Shown: in pieces, positions 36,488 to 48,498 of the stretch
Numbering within the stretch: position 1 is the first letter of the stretch
Layout: the number at the start of each line of letters is the position of its first letter
NCBI GenBank assembly: GCA_030295235.1
Contig: AP026133.1
Location: 1 to 64,000, forward strand
Origin: Fistulifera solaris
Lineage: Eukaryota
DNA: 64,000 nucleotides
Direction of reading: 5' to 3'
Position numbers and translations under genes: made by a program
The notes under the pieces: generated by a model
Seen by the model: only the letters and a program-made list of their open reading frames with translations
Told to the model about the DNA's origin: nothing
Databases searched by the model: none

Positions 36488-36976
36488 TCAGCGGCGTTCT
36501 TGTTTGAAGCATTGACCGGGAGAGCAAGTGCCGATAGCAACGCAAACTTGACTGAAGGATCATGTTGCATGATGAGCCGTCAACAAAAAAAAAAGCAAAT
36601 TTTATGAGTGTGTAAGTGATGACATGCGCCTGAAGGATACGAGGTGCTTTATTTGATCTACTTACTCGCCGTTGCAATCTCCGGACGAACTGCAGAGTGC
36701 CCCATTGCCCTCGTCATCGACGATGCAAACTATAGCACCTTCGATCGTTTTCGCACAAGAGGATTTACCGTCACTGCAGGGGTCTCCACTACCATCGCAG
36801 TCCACTAATTTACTGTTCCTGTTGCAATTATCGAACAGTGGTAAGCACAAAGCGTTGGAGAATCGGCTAGAGCGACCAAACATCGAGACGTCCTGGTCGT
36901 CTTTGTTTGTGACATCCGCTGTAGAGATAGAGTTGCAAAGAAGTGAGATGAAAATCGAGGTGGCGGAGATCTTCAT
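36488..36976 (-). CDS. Small secreted Cys-rich protein, paralog A (2 exons)
   Basis: MKISATSIFISLLCNSISTA signal; intron 36552-36665; exon 2 gives (D)QVCVAIGTCSPGQCFKQERR*. Confidence 0.82.
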
Positions 36977-37545
36977 TGTGCGATCAATAGAGAAGTCTAT
37001 GGTTTTAAAAATGTGAGCTAAAAGCGAAGACATCTCATCATTTCTCTAAGCAAGATGTGTTTATTCTTCGAGAGTTCCGCAAACCCCAATTCAAGTGGGT
37101 ACTATCATGTAATAAGGTGACTTGCCTACCTTATATGTGCTAATATTTTCTTTTACGGACTCGTGCACGGATAGGATTGGCGGTTAACTATTCTGCTATT
37201 TGGCGTTTATGGGCAAATGGAACCTTCCCGTTGCTTATCTAATTTCAAACAGAGGCAATAAATACTTTATGGTTGTAGCAAGTAGAAGCTCAAGATAAAG
37301 TGATTGAATGATTCCGGGGCTGAAATATTGTTCAGTCGAGGAGAAGATCCTCCAACTTATAACCGTATAGTAAACGTAGATGCTAATTTCATAACGCCAT
37401 TCGTGTTTACTGGACCTAGCGTTTATAAGCAACAATAACCAGGTAACATGATTTTTATCCGTTCTCAAGATGTAAAACTAGATTGAGTAATTGTTCGAAA
37501 ACCATATTTGAAGCTCCGGACTGGGAGCAAGATCCGCAGTCACCC

Positions 37546-37996
37546 CTATTCAACACGACGGGACTGCTTAAAACAACGTTTTTCGGTGCATTTCCCAAGC
37601 ACAATGCAGACTTGGCTAAAACAGAACAAGGCGTACAGAAAGTGTTAGAACAGTTGTGTCCTTGCTGTATCTTCGGATGAATGTACTTACTCCCTTTGCA
37701 ATCTAGGGAGCTGTCGCAAGGGGCCCCACTGTCGCTGGTTCGAACGGCGCATGCCACCCCACCTTCGGCGGTTCTTGCGCATGATGATACCCCATCACTA
37801 CAAGGATCGCCTAGACCATCACAATCCACCAGTTGACTGTTTCGGTTGCAACCATCGAGCCTTGGCGAGCACAAAGCATTGGCAAAGCGAATGGAGCGGT
37901 CAAAAGAAAATTATCCTTCTCTTCGTTTGCGGCATCAGTTGTTAAGGGTGATGTGAGAAGGAGGAGGAGACAGAAAGAGATGCAGTGGGATTTCAT
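37546..37996 (-). CDS. Small secreted Cys-rich protein, paralog B (2 exons, homopolymer indels)
   Basis: MKSHCISFCLLLLLTSPLTTDA; ALCSPRLDGCNRNSQLVDCDGLGDPCSDGVSSC...DCKG; intron ~37616-37690; QVCIVLGKCTEKRCFKQSRRVE*. Confidence 0.8.
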
Positions 37997-38569
37997 CTTG
38001 GAATGAATGAGATACCGGATGAACGATGAAATGTGAGCAGAAAATGAAAGGTGAGGATGATTCAATATTCAATGCTCTGTGCAGGATTGTTATTCGGCGT
38101 TCCAAGACCCACAGTATAATAATACTTTGTACTATGGAGCGATAGTACTGTTATTCACCTTTAATTGCCAATTTTAGTCACGCACTGGAACACGAATAGT
38201 CTAAAGTGGTCTTCTTACCATCAAAGCATCATGAATATTGACTAGTAACTTCTCACACAAGATTAAAACTTGCCTTATGCATCGTTATTGTAAATCACAG
38301 AATCGATCATTTTGTTACAACCACGTTCTCGCTTTCTCGAGCCAACTCATTCCGTATCGCAATATTTGCTTTGTAGAAACCACATCGTTGCCTGGACGAA
38401 CTCTTCGTTGCAGACTGCATTTCTCTACTAGACCTGTACGCAATTGCAGTTGCTCGTTCCACCATGTTTATTACCAAACGACTTTTTGTTAGCGTCCAAA
38501 AATATCTGGATATCCCATTTGATGCCATTCATTGCAACCCGGCGATAGAAGCGACAATAATATTTTTTT

Positions 38570-40495
38570 TTATAAGTGCCCCAGGAAAATCGAGGTCGTC
38601 AATCCAATGACGAGGCAAATAGTACAAACGACTGTTCTCTTCGAAGATGATGAAGATGTAGATTGCTGCAGTTGCGCATCTCGACGAGCTACCGACTCTA
38701 CAGGACTGCTGGTTGGCTGCGGCGTTGGAATGGGGGTCGGTGCCGCGGTGGGGCTGGCGGTAGGTGCTGGACTTGGAACAAACGTGGGAGCCGCGGTCGG
38801 CGCTGCCGTTGGAACTGCAGTCGGGCCGGCTGTTGGGGCGTTCGTGGGCAACACTGTCGGTGGACTACTGACGGTAATCGAAGGCGCCCCGGTGGGTTCC
38901 AGACTTTCCGGAACAATCGGACTACCACTGGGAGCGACAGTCGTTGACGGTGCGGCCGACGGCGATCCCGCCAGGGAAGGTGCGGTAGATGGCAGAATGG
39001 ACGGGGACAATGTCGTAGATGGAGCCGGAGAGATTGATGGAGCAACCGAAGGTGGCGCAGACAAGGATGGCGCGGCAGTGGATGTGGGCAGTAAGGTTGG
39101 GAGAACGGTAGAATCATCTGCCGCCGAAGGTGGTGCCGAGTCCAAGGATGTTACGCTTAGGGTCGGACTACTCGAGCTCGAAGCCTGAGTGGCGTTTCCT
39201 ATCGACGGTTGCAATGTGTCAGTTCCGACTCCGGTGGGTGTCGCGGATGAGTTCGACACTGAAATGATTGTGGGTGTAGCACTTATTACATCGATCGACG
39301 GAGTCAAGCTGGCACCACTATTACCCGTTGGTGCACTGGTGGTTGTCGGTGCCATAGTCGGAACACCCGGTGTGGTTGTCGTCTGACTGGAGGGCACCGT
39401 CGTAGTTCCTGCGGTCGGCATGAGTGTAAACAGAGGCGTGGATTCGGTCGGTCCGGAGGTGGCCGTGGGTCGTACCGTCGGAGCATCTAACAGGGTAGGT
39501 CGCACCGTCGGAGTGGCAGGTCGCAATGTGGGAGCATTTCGTAACGTCGGTTGCAGCGTTTCACCATCCAGCACAGGTCGCGACGTCGGGGCATCCCCCG
39601 TGGAAGGTGCAAAAGTGAATAGAGGTAGGGACTCTGTCGGAGCCACCGAACTGGCGGAACTTGATCTAGGAGTCGGCATGGGCGTTCCGACAATTTGAGA
39701 AGACGGTTCGGGACTCGGACCCAGAGAAAAAGCCCCCGACGGCGATGCGGTCGGTGCAGGTGATCGATTCGGCGACCGTGTACCAAAGACGGAGAGAAAA
39801 ATTTCACTATAATCTTGAGCATTGTCGGGATCGGACTCAAGATTGTAAACAGGTTTGAAAAGATCCGAGTCTTCGGTTGGTTCGTCGGGTGTATCATCAG
39901 GTTGGAATAAATTCAAATATTGTTTCTCCGAGGAATCCTCTCCGAAAATTGGCAAGAAAGCTTCCGGCCGGTCGACAAGTGAATCGTTTTCCGGACTCAT
40001 TTCAGCCATATTTACCTTCTCCTCTTCCGCTTCGTCGATAACCACGGGAGGACCTTCGGAAAATAAGTCTTCCTCTTCTGTCTCGGTTTTTTCAGAAACA
40101 ATCTCCTCTCCTCTTCCGAGACCAGAGAAAATAGCAAATCCTTTCGGAAAGAATCCGACATTCGAATTTCTTTCGTCTTCCTCGCCTAATTGCACGAGAC
40201 CATCTCTCGATGATATTTTTTCGTCTTCTTCTTTGTCGTGCAGAAATTTCGTCGGCAAAAGTGCTTTGTGTCGTGTAATCAGCGCTCGCTGTACGTGGCT
40301 ATCACTTTTCCGACGAAAGGATGCGATTATAGAAGCATCGTGTCGGTCGTTTGCCTTTGACGTTCCCTTTCCTAAAGACTCATCATTCTCGTCGCCGATG
40401 AATAATTCTTCTCGTCGCCGCACATGACCTAAAAGCAATTGTAATGCGAGCGCATTCATCAAAAGAATCGTAAGGGCGTGTATTGTTCTTTTCAT
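38570..40495 (-). CDS. Secreted mucin/extensin-like Pro/Ser/Thr-rich cell-surface protein, probably GPI-anchored
   Basis: Intact 641 aa ORF with signal peptide, acidic N-terminal region, many APT/APS/PTxAP repeats and hydrophobic C-terminus VVCTICLVIGLTTSIFLGHL. Confidence 0.85.
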   Translation of the reverse strand: MKRTIHALTILLMNALALQLLLGHVRRREELFIGDENDESLGKGTSKANDRHDASIIASFRRKSDSHVQRALITRHKALLPTKFLHDKEEDEKISSRDGLVQLGEEDERNSNVGFFPKGFAIFSGLGRGEEIVSEKTETEEEDLFSEGPPVVIDEAEEEKVNMAEMSPENDSLVDRPEAFLPIFGEDSSEKQYLNLFQPDDTPDEPTEDSDLFKPVYNLESDPDNAQDYSEIFLSVFGTRSPNRSPAPTASPSGAFSLGPSPEPSSQIVGTPMPTPRSSSASSVAPTESLPLFTFAPSTGDAPTSRPVLDGETLQPTLRNAPTLRPATPTVRPTLLDAPTVRPTATSGPTESTPLFTLMPTAGTTTVPSSQTTTTPGVPTMAPTTTSAPTGNSGASLTPSIDVISATPTIISVSNSSATPTGVGTDTLQPSIGNATQASSSSSPTLSVTSLDSAPPSAADDSTVLPTLLPTSTAAPSLSAPPSVAPSISPAPSTTLSPSILPSTAPSLAGSPSAAPSTTVAPSGSPIVPESLEPTGAPSITVSSPPTVLPTNAPTAGPTAVPTAAPTAAPTFVPSPAPTASPTAAPTPIPTPQPTSSPVESVARRDAQLQQSTSSSSSKRTVVCTICLVIGLTTSIFLGHL

Positions 40496-41040
40496 TCTTT
40501 TGCTTTAGAAGGAGTTTGTCGTGTTTTTTATTTCTTTACAGATGTAATACCTGGTACAGTTTCATCAAACGTGTGTTTGTTATTGTTCGTCTTGGCTCAG
40601 CCTCATGCTTTTTTTCTTTGGGTTTCACTCCAATTAGGCCATAGGTTGCTGGAGCCTTTCCGTTGATAAAAAGTATTTAAGCAAGGTCGGCGTAATTTCA
40701 AACGTGGCTCGACAAAATATTCCGTAACAGCGTTACCTAGCATCTCATTTTTCCGTAAGTAACCAAGACATGTTTCTGTTGACAGCATGTGCGATACATT
40801 TTAGTTCTATATTGCTGACAGAATTAGGCCCCAGGCGTGACATAAAAGTTTCAAATGCACACATTTTCTTTCAAACGAACATCAGAAAACCATCGCCTCG
40901 TGCTATTGATAAAGTGAAACACAACCGTCCATGAAGATCTTACCAGCTGATCAAACTTGATTTTAAAGTGTTTATAAATGAAAACAAAGTGACGACACAA
41001 CTGTTCTGCGAAGACAAAATTTCACTCCAAGACGAATATC

Positions 41041-41259
41041 ATGCCACCGTTCCAAGAGGACGAACGTAAATGCCAAAAGTACGCCTGTGCCTTGCAGGAT
41101 TGTTTGGCAAAGCAGCGTCATATTGTGAACGATCCTGTCGAAGTTTGCCGCATGCATTTTGACTCGCACCAACGTTGCATGGAGAATGCCCGCTCGAAGA
41201 ATGAAACTATCAAAAAGTATCTCGTGAGTCAATCGGGAATGGTGACCCCGAAAGAATGA
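41041..41259 (+). CDS. Twin CX9C protein, CMC4/MTCP1-like (mitochondrial intermembrane space)
   Basis: CQKYACALQDC and CRMHFDSHQRC in a 72 aa ORF. Confidence 0.75.
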   Translation: MPPFQEDERKCQKYACALQDCLAKQRHIVNDPVEVCRMHFDSHQRCMENARSKNETIKKYLVSQSGMVTPKE

Positions 41260-41653
41260 TGAATCCTTATCGAGTAAGGGGTCTCTACTAAAGAAGCATT
41301 GCAGTTTGTAAGACATATTCTGTTATGTCTGAGAGTAAGCAGAAACTTAGCTCATGTAGCAAATGCTGCGCAGTCTTCAAATTTTTATAAAAAGTCGCGG
41401 GACCTTGGCAAGACTTCTGTTTCAGTCACGAAGTAAGATTGTATTCATAAAACAAAACTCTAGAAAAAGAGTCTTTAATGCTCATTAACCCTCAAGACTA
41501 CTTTTTTGGACTCTTGTTGTTTCATCAACATGTAAAACTAAAGCTTTAGCAACGCTGGCACTACATGACTTGATTAGTTAACGGAGGCAAAATGTATGAT
41601 CACTATTTCCTATAATCCTGTAACACTAAGCGAGCGAGATACCCAAAAACAGA

Positions 41654-44600
41654 ATGAGGGCTTCTCGAAAAAATCTTTTCCGACAATGATAGAACTGACT
41701 TTACCAGTGTAATTTGTTTTCCATACATCGCATTTGCAATCTTGTTAGTTGGCGGCAGGGCGAAGGAGATGTCATTACATTTCCAACGGAAAAAAGGCGC
41801 GGCGGCGGATATTAAAGAACTCGAATACATTATCGCGTTGCATCAAACCATTCCTCGCGAAACGGCAACCATTAGTTCGATCGATGTACATCGTTTCTTA
41901 CAAAGTCGCTACGCATTATCGCCGCAAGCAGTTTCGCAGAGTCAGATTGCTGAGCTATTGCGCTCTCTGGGAGGTTGTGATGATGTGACATCGACGACAA
42001 AAGGAAGTGAAAGAATACATCAGTCGCAACTGCAAAGCAGTGTTCTCCCCTCACCTCATCTCCCAGAATCCTCTATTCATGCTGTAGACGACCATGAAAG
42101 TGTCACAGGGGAAAAACAAATTATCTGTGACTCCGACGGCAATAATATCACAGAAAGAAACGAAAATGTTGCCTCAGATCGAATACATCTGCAGACACTT
42201 GAGCATGCAGCATGTCAGTTGGATGAAAAGATGAATGAGACTACTACAAGACAAGCCGTTCTGCAAAACGATCGACCAAATAACTCGCATTGTCAACTCG
42301 AGTAAGTGCATTTGCATTTTCTATGGTGCTTTCAAAGAAGGGAGGTCTCACTCCTTCTTTCGATATTTGCGACGTTTCAGTTTGGTGCAGATCGTTTCCC
42401 TTCTTCTGATTCCCACGTTTGCCGCTGCTTCGATAATACGTAGAGACGGGGTAAAGCCCATGCAGCTTCCTCCGCTGCGAGGAGATAGCTGGTTTGATTT
42501 CTTGCTGAAGTGTCTGGACCGTCTTCGGGCGATTCCCATTCTATCCATGTATGTGGCTTACGAAAGTACACTGCCAAATGTCCATTTCATGGCGCACAAA
42601 TGGAGGCTGCTCGTCACCGGGGATGACAACTCGGAAATTACGGAAGAGACGGTGCGTCGATTGCTACTTCGACACGGAGAAGAACTTCGAGCGAAAGATT
42701 CTGTTTTAGTGAAGGAGATGGTAGAATTGGCCCAGCAAAGCAATTCTGGTCGGTTGAATGCCGAAACGTGGTTGCACGTTCTGTCTGCGGATCTGGTGGA
42801 ATGGAATGTGGACAGTGAGACTGACTTGTCGTCTTTCTTTCAAGATGTCTTTGGCGGAAGTGATCCAGGGGAGGTATTCGTGATGGATCGAAATTTGGAT
42901 GTGGAAGAAGCAGAGCAATCGAAAAAAGAGCTTTTGGTAGAACCGCACTCCGCCTTTTCAATCTGTGTGAAGAAGAAGAAAGGAGTACAAGTATTTAGGC
43001 CCGAGAGAACCAACATTGATCTTGTCGTCGATACGCATGCTTCATCCTTTGCTGTTGTTTTGGTGTGGCTCTTTTACCTTTTCGGGTGAGACCCTTCGTT
43101 TTTTTTTCTCATTTGTTCTTGTGCCGAGTAGTCTGACGATTCCTTTCTTCAAACCTTGAAAGCTTTATTGTATAGTAAGTCGACTTTTTTCGAAAATGTG
43201 TTGAGGGAGAATATGCTTTGCAAAAATAGTCCTAACCATGATCTCCGCAGCGGGTCCCTACTCGTGATAACTATTTATGGCGCCAACTGGTGTGATCTGT
43301 CAAAGTTTTCATGTCAAGTTTCGTCTACAGTTGTCACATGGTAGGTATTGCTTGGCTTCAGAGGTCATTCAATTTCGAGACATGTGAAACTCAAGCTTGC
43401 GCAGGGCAGTTCTGGCCGTCTTATTGTCAGTAGCGGGTGTATTTGTTATAGCACCCATGAGCTATGGCAATAATCCTTACAGATCGAATGTATTTCGAAC
43501 CATTTCTTCTGTGACGTTTTCAGCAGTTTATGGATGGTACGTCAGACAAAGAGTATATGAGTGTTTAAGCTCTGTCGACAATCACCTGACATTGTTCGCG
43601 GCAAAGTATACCGCTGATCGTTGTTCGCACTTATGAAGATTACGACAAAGATATGCGAAAGATTGTAGAAGGAGATGCTTTTGCGTCGGGACAAGCGATA
43701 ACACTTGCCATTTGCGTAATTCTGGTTGCAATGTACGTGTCGAACTTGCTTTTGTCGTGGATACGGTCCATTGTGTCGGTCAAATTTCGTGCTTTAAGAT
43801 ATTTTCTTTCGACATCCAACGTGAGAGGAGAACTTTGTTTGAAATACGCAGCATCGCGGAAGATGAATAAAATGATCGAAAATGCACGTTTGCTGCACCG
43901 TCACCGCCAGAGACGCTCAAAGGTAGCTGAAGAAGGACAAAGATCATCCCAACGCGATGCCTTTCGTAGTTTTTTTGGGACAAATAGAGCAGTATGAGTC
44001 TTGTGGCGGATTTTTCTGGACGTGGAAACGAGTTTTCAACGGAGATCTTTTGAGTACGGAAGGTGTGTGGATTAATACAAGGTTGATCATCATGCAGGTT
44101 GCACAGGTTGTCGTGGGAGTCTTTTTCGCCGTTGCAGTGCTTCTTTTGTTACAACCGTAGCCGATGAAGCGGAGGAAGCGAGATCAAGCTTGCCTGCCGA
44201 TACGCCAACCTGGGTAGTTGATTTGTTCCCTACAGGAGCAATGATCAAGCGGTCTTTCTACCCTTCAGCTGTGTTGGCAATGGTGGCTGAGCTTTTCTTG
44301 ATTCTTATTTACATTCCGAGGTACGACTGAACGTGTTCGCTCAAAGGCAGAATACGTTTTGTTGTTCAGTATCTAACTCATACACTCTACTAGCGCGACG
44401 GCGACTGTGCTAAAATATCGGAGCCAAGTGCTACCTTCGTTTCGTTCAACATATTTCTACAAGTAAGTCAATCTCAAAAAACTATGCTCTATCGGGGAAG
44501 TGCAATTTGACGACCCACATCTCACAATATGCTCCTTGATCATCAGGTATCGCGGCGGCGTCGACTCGGTAAGTAATCTCAGCTAGTAAAGGCACATCTT

Positions 44601-45543
44601 GCCGTTTGTTTCTTATAGAAAAAAAGCGCTCTTACTTCAAACATCGCGTAGGTGTACACGAACGCGGCAAACGGTGTCTGGTGCATGATTGGATCTGCCA
44701 TTTTGATCTTTTGTAAGTCTGATCACTTGTCGACTACACATAAACAATCCGACGTTTCAATTTGATTCTCAAATCACACCTTTTCCAGTTATATTTGGCA
44801 TTATTTTCTTCCTTTTCCAGTGGCCCTATTCGCAAAAAGTCATGTTACTCATTCTAGGATGGTCTATTGGTCTCTCGGTCACCATAGCACTTAAAATGCT
44901 GCTCACCATGGGATGTCGCAGCTTCCAATATCGTTCCTTTTTCCGCATTCGACCTGGTGCAGCGCGCGTGAGCTCGTTGGCGCTGGAGTGTTGGTATTTC
45001 GGTCTCGCTTCTTCGACAGCACTATGTAGAGTATTACAGTTTTTGCTGGCAGCGGCATTGTGGGTTGGCCGGATTGATGTTAATTTTCTGGCCGAAGATG
45101 TGAACTTTCTTGGTTATGGCTTTGACTACGTCCCGTCCAACTTTGTGAAGGATTTGCTGGTGCACGAAGCCCATCGACATCCTTATATGGAACGTTTAGC
45201 GCAGATGTATTTGATGAAACTGAAACATCCTGATTCATTTGGTACACGCGCAGGAGCTGCGTGGCGTCAACTGGCCGTAGTAGCACTCTTCCCATGGATG
45301 ACACAATATCGTGTGTTGGAGAACCAAATGGATCAAAATGAAGATGATGACATTTCTCTAGAGTCAGATGGCAGTGACAAACCGCTGGACCTGTACGAAG
45401 CAACACAACAAAGGCTGCAAGTCGCCGTTGACACAGTCCGGCAACAAGATCCTCGTGAGCTTTTGTATCAGGGAGCCGATCATGTCCAAGAAATGGTAGA
45501 CAAGGTGGAGCATCGTTTGGTGGGTGCACGAATGGAGCTATAG
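41654..45543 (+). CDS. Multi-exon polytopic membrane protein of unknown function
   Basis: Co-directional ORF segments separated by many short GT-AG introns, with multiple hydrophobic helices. Last exon includes LECWYFGL...GRIDVNFL...DLLVHEAHRHPYMERL. Exon boundaries only partly resolved. Confidence 0.65.
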
Positions 45544-45845
45544 TGGCGGCCGCAGTGTTACAAATCCCTTGGATATTTTCACCCATGGTCGCTCTCTATT
45601 TTGCATCCATACCTGTAGATTTAACATATGTACGAGCTATTGTACGAGCTATTGTTCTAGCCCGATTGAGATATTGAGAACAGTTTTAAATTGAAAGACA
45701 CCTAGGTAGCACAAAAGGCTAATGATCTTTGTCCTCGATCGAAACGACGGCCTTGCGTCGAGCAGAACCCATTTCCCATTGCAATGCAAACAACCGATTG
45801 CTTGACTGATTGATACTGATGTCATTTTAGCTCATTTAATTACCC

Positions 45846-46342
45846 TCAATCAAATCGACGGACTTGTGTGACACATACATTATTGGGAAAACAATCTCCC
45901 AGCACCGCACAGACTTGACTAGAAAAAACGAGCGAGAAATAGAATGAATTCATTTTGCTGGATTAGTAACGTGACTTCATCTGTATGCCAACACAAAGCA
46001 TTCTCGCTGATAGGAAAGACACACTTACTTTTCCGCGCAATCTCTGGATTCCGTGCAAAATTGCAGAGTGCCTTCCAATCGAGCCGCGCAAACTTTCCCA
46101 CCTCTGGTAGTTTCGACGCATGCCAAGCCACCGAAATCTCTGAGACAAGGATCTCCGTCCTCATCGCAATTCTCTGTTTTGCTATTCCAATTGCAGTCAT
46201 CCAGCACAGGCAAGCACAGAAAATTGGAAAAAGGACGTTGCGGTCAAAGAAAACCGCCTTCTTCCTTGTCCGCAGCACCGGATGCGCCAATGCAGGAGAC
46301 GGAAAGGAAGAACAGCGCGGTAGGGAGGAAATTGAGATTCAT
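45846..46342 (-). CDS. Small secreted Cys-rich protein, paralog C (2 exons, homopolymer indels)
   Basis: MNLNFLPTALFFLSVSCIGASGA; LCLPVLDDCNWNSKTENCDEDGDPC...CTESRDCAE; intron ~45919-46027; QVCAVLGDCFPNNVCVTQVRRFD*. Confidence 0.8.
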
Positions 46343-46491
46343 TATTATAGGGCGCGAAGGAGGATAAAGAATGTAGGGTAGACAAAACGCAACTCTAGTG
46401 GAGTCTATTATTGGTAGAATGAATTGATGATGATGATGAGGGTGTGTCTTGGGTAGAGATTGCGAAAAGAGTTTGCGCAATAAATCTATCT

Positions 46492-46600
46492 TACCTGGTA
46501 CCCGTATCTAGCTTACCTGGTACCGGTACCGTACCAGGTAGTATTTATCGTGTACAGTACCGGTACCAGCTAACGGTACTGGTACCAGTACCGGTACGGT
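46492..46600. repeat. Cluster of GTAC-rich short palindromes (TACCTGGTA, GGTACC, ACCGGT)
   Basis: TACCTGGTACCGGTACCGTACCAGGTA...GTACCGGTACC...GGTACTGGTACCAGTACCGGTAC; similar clusters at 51020-51068, 62001-62028 and 12514-12531. Confidence 0.75.
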
Positions 46601-47499
46601 ATCTGTAGCTTGTAGCTGATACCCAAGTTCGCATAGCTTTGATTGCATTTATTTAGCGCGCAAGAGCGCATGGTTTAAATCACGCTATTACTCACAACGA
46701 GTTGCAATACTGTTACGATTGGCCAACCATTAAAACAAAAAAGAGAAGAGCGGCTCATCGTTCTCTTCCTCATCACGCTCTTTCGTTCGTCCTCACTGAC
46801 GCAATAGCTTTTCGTGGTTTGCGTTTCTACCGTCCATCCATCCGTCTCACTATCCGTTGCGTCATCCGATGTCACACCGTCGAGATTGTTCCCAACTTCG
46901 TTTCGAGCTGCTTTTCCAACACTCATGACTGAAATCCAGTCACGAGAAGTATATCCTGCGTTTGGGACGAGAACAAAATTACCTGGTACTGCCAGGATCC
47001 CGGGACACGTTTTGAAGAAGACAAAATAATAATGCCAATGTGGTCCAATCAGGTACAGTTAAATTAAAAAAAGTCTAGTAACAGATTCTATCCCATGGTC
47101 TGGTTATCAATAACACTATGGACTGATGATGATGCCAAAATTCACACAAACACGTGTAGCTTCGTAATTATATTTTACCAAACTTTCTTGATATTGCCTC
47201 AACTGTCGGCAGGAATTTGAATTTCCTTGTCAATGAATCTGGTGTAAACTTGAAGCACAGTGGAAACCCGCACGCATTACCTTGGAATGAATGAGCCTTG
47301 TATTCCGTAGTCAGGAGTCAAAGCGACAACCGACGACAACAGCAGCATGAGATATCATTTCTAGTCCAATATTGTTTTCCCTCATGAAATTAACATGTCG
47401 TACTAAAGTCTCTTTTTCAAGTCAATCTGCTCGTCAAAGCCGGGCACTGGTAAAAGCAATAAGCCATCCACAGTACTTTTCAGAAATTCATATTTCGCA

Positions 47500-48124
47500 T
47501 CATTCCTCCTGTAGATTGAGACCAATCACTCCCACTGTGATCATGGTCAAACAAGCAATTTGCCACATTCCCATGGGTTCCTGAAAGCAAGCAGCGCCAA
47601 TAAGAGTGACGACGAGTGTTCCGAGGGCCGTCCATACCGTATACGCCAAACTGACCGGAAGACGTGTCATGGAAATATTAATGCCGTACATGCTGAATGT
47701 GCGATAGAATAAAAAACAAAGGAATTGCGAATTTGAGATATACAGAATCGACAGATAATTGGCTTATTTTCAGCTTTATTCAGTATTCGGCGTACCTGAT
47801 GAGATTGAGAGAGCACGCGAGGAAAAAGAGGGGCGTTGATTCCTGATCGCGTGCGAGCTTCGAAACAGTCGTATCTAGACATTCTAAAAGAATCGACGCA
47901 ATCAGAAAGATCCAACAAGTCGTTATAGATCGTATGGCGCTGGGCTGAGATCCACCATGCACAATTGCGGCTGTTGCAGTAGTTGGAACTATTTGTGGCG
48001 TTTCTCGCGACGCTTTGCGACGACTCGTGCTCCTCACATTTCTGCCCACTTTAACATTCTGCAATGACGATGCCACTGTGCTGAGCGATAGTACAAGAGA
48101 AATTATGCTGTATACCTTCTTCAT
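47500..48124 (-). CDS. SMR (EmrE/SugE-type small multidrug resistance) transporter with N-terminal signal plus basic Ser/Thr-rich presequence; 2 exons
   Basis: WIFLIASILLECLDTTVSK (conserved TM1 Glu); intron 47693-47795; LPVSLAYTVWTALGTLVVTLIG...FQEP...ITVGVIGLNL. Confidence 0.88.
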
Positions 48125-48498
48125 CCTTGTTTCGTCGATTCATTCATCAGAGCGTCCTTTCGAGTGAGATTGTGATGAATTTTTATTCGATTTTGCTGCA
48201 AAAAAACTTTGACGTACGCCCGAGACTCAATAAAATATCAGTCCCGTAAATTTCGCTCTTATCAACGGACACTACACATACTGGTCCGACAAATATTTGT
48301 TTTTCAAGTAAGAAGTCGGATGCTCTGTACGTCTTCCGTCAAAATTACCAAATTGCGTTTTCGAGAAAAACGCCTCCAAAGTTTTGCTGCAAAATTGAGA
48401 TGGCATTATTAACAATTAAACATGAGTAAAGCAAATGATTTCAATCAAGAACTTATACAAATAGTAAGTATATGTACTCGCGTGTATTCCAGTTAAAT

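Noticed and set aside
38532..40427. Plus-strand Gly/Val/Ala-rich ORFs
   Set aside because: Antisense shadows of the Pro/Thr/Ser-rich minus-strand gene.
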